A stretch of 59,925 nucleotides of DNA from Patescibacteria group bacterium (lineage in GTDB: Bacteria > Patescibacteriota > Minisyncoccia > Phycocordibacterales > Phycocordibacteraceae), in assembly GCA_018969385.1 (NCBI GenBank), contig JAGWYL010000003.1, positions 1 to 59,925 of the forward strand. The letters run 5' to 3'. How positions within the stretch are numbered: position 1 is the stretch's first letter; every line of letters begins with the position of its first letter. Below, in pieces: positions 54,842 to 59,925 of the stretch. The notes beneath the pieces are model-generated. The model saw only the letters and a program-made list of their open reading frames with translations, searched no databases and was not told where the DNA came from. The position numbers and the translations under genes were made by a program.

Positions 54842-55366
54842 TCACGAAGGCGAATCCTTCGGGACGTACGTGCGCGTGAGTATGTGCGCGTACTCGAGCA
54901 CGCCTCCCGTGACGAACACGCCGACGGCGTACAGGACGCACATGCCGAAATACCCGAGTCCGACGCCGCCGAAGAACGTGAGGAGCAGTATCCCGAGGTA
55001 CCCGGAGAGCGAGACCGCGCCGCCGAACCAGAGCGGGACATAGCGCTTCGCCATGAGCCAGAGGTCGAAGATGATGAAAAGTATGAGCGTATTCTCGAAC
55101 CAGAACGCTGCGGTGAGCACCCGTTCCGACCCGAAGGGACTGCCGTACTCAAGAAGCGCGAGAAGCGGATTCACGATGAGGAGCGCGAGCACGCTCGCCG
55201 CGAGCGCGCGGCCGAGCCGCGTGAGGTACACGCGCTCGTGCTCGTCCATGACGCCGTCCGCAAGCGCACGCACGCGCCCGTATTCGGCGAAGAGCGCGAT
55301 GCCCGCGCCAAGGAGCGCGGCGAGCGCGTGAAGGTCAATGAGAAGCGGATAGACGACGTCCGTCAT
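54842..55366 (-). CDS. Hypothetical multi-pass membrane protein
   Basis: Several hydrophobic helices; backbone codon style. Confidence 0.7.
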   Translation of the reverse strand: MTDVVYPLLIDLHALAALLGAGIALFAEYGRVRALADGVMDEHERVYLTRLGRALAASVLALLIVNPLLALLEYGSPFGSERVLTAAFWFENTLILFIIFDLWLMAKRYVPLWFGGAVSLSGYLGILLLTFFGGVGLGYFGMCVLYAVGVFVTGGVLEYAHILTRTYVPKDSPS

Positions 55367-55369
55367 GGG

Positions 55370-55597
55370 CTAGCGCTGCATGAGCTTCTGCAGTTCTCCG
55401 CGATACTTGCGCATGACCTCCATCGAAGCCTTCATCTCGCTCTCTCCTCCTTTCTTGCGGCGCTCGACCTCCTCGCTAATCTTCTTGAACAGGTCCGGGT
55501 CCTTCTTCACGAGCGCGAGTATCTGCTCCCGCTGCGCCTCCGGCACGTCCTTCATCTTCCAATTCGCCACCAGACGCAGTATGAAATCTTTCAGCAT
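55370..55597 (-). CDS. Small helical hypothetical protein
   Basis: 75 aa, extended -10 box upstream. Confidence 0.7.
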   Translation of the reverse strand: MLKDFILRLVANWKMKDVPEAQREQILALVKKDPDLFKKISEEVERRKKGGESEMKASMEVMRKYRGELQKLMQR

Positions 55598-55684
55598 AGT
55601 TCGTAAAGGATACCACGCGCCATGCGGGTGAGAAGCGTACGGCCTTGAAGGGTACTTCGCCGGCGCGCTGTTCGGACACGCGCG

Positions 55685-56098
55685 TCAGTCCGGCTGGACG
55701 GGATGATAGCGAAGCACGAGGCCGCGGATGGTGCGCGTGGCGAAGTAGAGGCTTACGAGGAAGATGAGCGCGATGACGGTCACCAGGATGTCCTTCAAGG
55801 AGAAGCCGAGGCCTGCGCGGTAGCGGTCGAGCGCGGAGCCGCCGAATATGAGAAGTCCGGCGACGGCGAGCAGCAGGTTTATCCAGTGAATCCCGCGCTG
55901 GCGCGGATTCGTGACGCCTGCGGCAAGCACGAGCGCCAGTAAGACGATGATGGTCGAGAACGCGGAAAGCAGATTGTCGCCCGCGACGGACTCCGTTATG
56001 AATACGAGTATCGCGGCGAACACGAACAGCACCCGCACGATGTCACCGTAGTAGTGCGGAACGCTCCTGAAATGCGAACCATGTGGTTGGTCATCCAT
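55685..56098 (-). CDS. Hypothetical membrane protein
   Basis: About four TM helices. Confidence 0.7.
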   Translation of the reverse strand: MDDQPHGSHFRSVPHYYGDIVRVLFVFAAILVFITESVAGDNLLSAFSTIIVLLALVLAAGVTNPRQRGIHWINLLLAVAGLLIFGGSALDRYRAGLGFSLKDILVTVIALIFLVSLYFATRTIRGLVLRYHPVQPD

Positions 56099-56157
56099 GA
56101 TGGGCGGGATGATACCACATTATTTCCATTTCGGCAAGGAGTTGGGGATAACGCCTG

Positions 56158-56586
56158 CTAGTGCAGATGGGTGAAAAGATACAGCCCGAGAGGCAGGAGC
56201 CAGGTGAACCAGTCGAAGATGCCCTTACGCCAGAGCTGGCGGTAGATGCGGCGCTGCAGATAGAATTCCTGGAACGTTATGAACGCGGTCGTGAGCGCGA
56301 GGACGACGTAGAGCGCGGCGGCGTTCCCGAAAAAGCGCTGCGAGATGAAGGCCGCGAAAAAGAGGATGAGAAGCGCGCCTGCGAGGTGGAAGAGCGCGCG
56401 ATAGAGCGAAAGAGAGTAGCCGTACCGTCCCCTGCCGTACCGCCGGAACGAACGGTTAAGCGCGGCGTCGTATGCGCGCGTGCCGCGCACCCATTGCCCG
56501 CGGACGCGGGCGCGAAACGGATACATCCGGTCCGGCAGCGTGACGAGCGCATGGTATGAGTCCTTCACGAACGCGTGGCGACGCAT
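56158..56586 (-). CDS. Hypothetical membrane protein
   Basis: TGCTATACT 6 nt before ATG; C-terminal TM helices. Confidence 0.65.
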   Translation of the reverse strand: MRRHAFVKDSYHALVTLPDRMYPFRARVRGQWVRGTRAYDAALNRSFRRYGRGRYGYSLSLYRALFHLAGALLILFFAAFISQRFFGNAAALYVVLALTTAFITFQEFYLQRRIYRQLWRKGIFDWFTWLLPLGLYLFTHLH

Positions 56587-56637
56587 GGATACAGTATAGC
56601 AACGCGCTTCGCGCGCGCGGGCCGATGCGCACTCGCG

Positions 56638-56883
56638 CTAGAGGATGACCGTCGCCTGGTTCGAAGAGATTTCCGCGATGCCACCCGCGTGAACTTCGAA
56701 GTGATAGGCCTGTCCGTCCGCGGCTTCCACGTACGCTTCGCCCTGTGAGAGCTCGGCAACGGTCGGCTCGTGATTCGCGAGTACGGTGAACACCCCTTCC
56801 GTCCCCGGAAGCCGTACGGCATTCGCTTCCCCGTCGAAGAGATTCTCGCCGACGCGCGCGATGGTGAGATGGAAAGTCTTCAT
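56638..56883 (-). CDS. atpC: ATP synthase epsilon subunit (beta-sandwich only)
   Basis: LPGTEGVFTVLANHEP, GGIAEI; follows atpD. Confidence 0.9.
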   Translation of the reverse strand: MKTFHLTIARVGENLFDGEANAVRLPGTEGVFTVLANHEPTVAELSQGEAYVEAADGQAYHFEVHAGGIAEISSNQATVIL

Positions 56884-56920
56884 ACGAGCCGGCAGTGCAC
56901 GCCCTCTGAATTTTCAGGAA

Positions 56921-56951
56921 GCTGCACGCTGTACGCTGCACGCTGTAAGCT
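56921..56951. repeat. 7-bp-period tandem array
   Basis: GCTGCAC GCTGTAC GCTGCAC GCTGTAA GCT between atpD and atpC. Confidence 0.85.
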
Positions 56952-56959
56952 CATGCGCA

Positions 56960-58333
<1,374 letters not shown>

Positions 58334-58337
58334 CTAT

Positions 58338-58437
58338 AGCTTACAGGTTGCAGCTTACAGCGTGCAGCTTTTAATGCAAAATCTTGTAATTCATACGGTT
58401 CGGAAGCTGCCAGCTGTACGCTGTCACCTATCAGCTA
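58338..58437. repeat. Two inverted 7-bp-period arrays between atpG and atpD
   Basis: AGC TTACAGG TTGCAGC TTACAGC GTGCAGC (58338-58370) and GCTGCCA GCTGTAC GCTGTCA CCTATCA GCTA (58406-58437). Confidence 0.85.
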
Positions 58438-59339
58438 GCTAACGCTTCGCGGCCGCCCACGATTTCCGACACTTCGCGCGTGATGGCCGCCTGGCGCACT
58501 TTGTTGTACTTGCGCGTCAGGAGTTCCGCCATCTCATCGGACTTGTCCGATGCGCTCTTCATCGCGACCATGCGCGCGGAATGTTCCGAAGCCTTCGCCT
58601 CGAGCAGCATGTGGTAGAGCGACACCGCGACGAGGCGCGGGACGAGCACCGCGAGCACCTCTTCCGGCGACGGCTCCACCATGTAGGACGCGGGCGAAGC
58701 GACGGGCGCGTCGTCGCTCCACTTCCCCTTCGCCGGCGTGATGTCGGACACGAGCCGGCTGATGCCTTCGAGCGAAAGCGGCAGGAGCTTGCGCAGGGTC
58801 GGCACCTGTTCGAAGGTGGAACGGAAGTTGCTGTACGCCGCGACGACCTCGTCGAACTCACCCGCGAGGAATCCCGCGGAGAGCTTCCGGGAAAGCTCCT
58901 GCATCACGGAAAGCGGAACGTCGTCGCGCTTGTTCTCGAACGCTTCCGGAATCGCGTAACCGCGGCGGCGGAAGTACTCCTCGCCCTTCCTCCCGTATGC
59001 GTAGACGATGACATCGTTCACGTCCCTGCCCTTCACGAAGCGCGCCGCTTCCTTGATGACGCCGCTGTTGAGCGCGCCCGCGAGTCCCTTGTCGCTCGTG
59101 ATGAGGACGAGCGCGGTCTTCTTCACGGCACGCTCGCGCGCGAGCGGATGCCGCGCGAGGTCCGCGCTTCCCGAAAGGCGCGCGAGCACGGAGAGCGCGG
59201 CGCGCGCATACGGGCGTCCGGCAATCGCGGACCCCTGGGTCTTGCGCATCTTCGCCGCGGAGACGGCCTCCATCGCGCGCGTGACCTTGTTCGTGCGCTT
59301 CTTCGCGCTTATCTGATTCTTGATGTCCTTGAGAGCCAT
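58431..59339 (-). CDS. atpG: ATP synthase F1 gamma subunit
   Basis: KVTRAMEAVSAAKM, SDKGLAG, SEHSARMVAM, RQAAITREVSEI. Confidence 0.98.
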   Translation of the reverse strand: MALKDIKNQISAKKRTNKVTRAMEAVSAAKMRKTQGSAIAGRPYARAALSVLARLSGSADLARHPLARERAVKKTALVLITSDKGLAGALNSGVIKEAARFVKGRDVNDVIVYAYGRKGEEYFRRRGYAIPEAFENKRDDVPLSVMQELSRKLSAGFLAGEFDEVVAAYSNFRSTFEQVPTLRKLLPLSLEGISRLVSDITPAKGKWSDDAPVASPASYMVEPSPEEVLAVLVPRLVAVSLYHMLLEAKASEHSARMVAMKSASDKSDEMAELLTRKYNKVRQAAITREVSEIVGGREALAS

Positions 59340-59379
59340 ACGTGAATATGCGGTCTGCGGGAAGCAAGCGTACGTTTCC

Positions 59380-59925
59380 TTATGCGCCCGCGGGAGCGTG
59401 CAGCTTCACGAACGCTTCGAGCTTTTGGCGAAGCACCTTCTCCGTCGCGTCGCTGATGACCTTCTCCTCGCGGATAGCGCCGAGTTCCGCGCCCGCTTCG
59501 CGCAGGAGGTAGTCGCGGAGCTTGCGTTCCATCGCGCTCGCATCATCGGGAGCGAACGAGTCGAAGTAGCCGTTTGTCGCGGCGAAGATGACCGCGGCCT
59601 CCATCTCGAACGGAAGCGGTTCGCCGCGATTCTGCTTAAGGATTTCCGTCATGCGGCGTCCCGAATCTATCTGCTTCTTCGTTTCCGGGTCGAGGTCGGA
59701 CGAGAACTGCATGAACGCCTCAAGCTCGCGGAACTGGGCAAGTTCGAGCTTTATCTTTCCGGACACTTTCTTCATCGCTTTCGTCTGCGCGGAGGAGCCC
59801 ACGCGCGAGACGGAGATACCGACGTTAACCGCGGGACGAAGACCCTTGTTGAAGAGGTCCGTCTCGAGGAATATCTGCCCGTCCGTGATTGAGATGACGT
59901 TCGTCGGGATGTACGCGGAAACGTC
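59380..59925 (-). CDS. atpA: ATP synthase F1 alpha subunit, 3' part (runs off window)
   Basis: [38 protein letters not shown]. Confidence 0.97.
   Translation of the reverse strand, partial: DVSAYIPTNVISITDGQIFLETDLFNKGLRPAVNVGISVSRVGSSAQTKAMKKVSGKIKLELAQFRELEAFMQFSSDLDPETKKQIDSGRRMTEILKQNRGEPLPFEMEAAVIFAATNGYFDSFAPDDASAMERKLRDYLLREAGAELGAIREEKVISDATEKVLRQKLEAFVKLHAPAGA

Noticed and set aside
56638-56883. Epsilon subunit lacking the C-terminal helices
   Set aside because: Real, but a short epsilon is known in several lineages and is not distinctive.

Overview
A 60-kb, high-GC chromosomal segment that reads as a Patescibacteria/CPR genome, most likely Parcubacteria. This is an inference from the short AlaRS, truncated ATP synthase epsilon, sigma70-region-4/HTH protein and mostly SD-less genes; TGA is used as stop. 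The core backbone, mostly on the minus strand, holds tyrS plus tRNA-Tyr, argS, grpE-dnaK-dnaJ, infA-rpmJ-rpsM-rpsK-rpsD-rpoA-rplQ-rplM-rpsI, alaS, an M16 peptidase pair, ung, mnmA, mltG, leuS (with an inserted Nudix domain), ychF and atpA(partial)-atpG-atpD-atpC. Five accessory features stand out. (1) A tightly packed five-gene operon (HisC-like aminotransferase, PaaK-like adenylating ligase, Rv1355c/MoeY-type ThiF enzyme, nitroreductase-methyltransferase fusion, multi-TM sensor kinase) that looks like a small-molecule synthesis plus sensing module. (2) A T-box riboswitch with a near-consensus promoter in front of an orphan Rossmann/CDPS-like gene. (3) Gene cassettes bracketed by repeats derived from the tRNA-Tyr 3' end. 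(4) An arginine/D-amino-acid themed cluster. (5) A decayed 2.7-kb element integrated in the 5' end of ychF, with both junctions visible. A family of 7-bp-period intergenic tandem arrays and many extended -10 boxes only 6-10 nt before start codons are also present. All family assignments come from motif recognition by eye; no database search was run.
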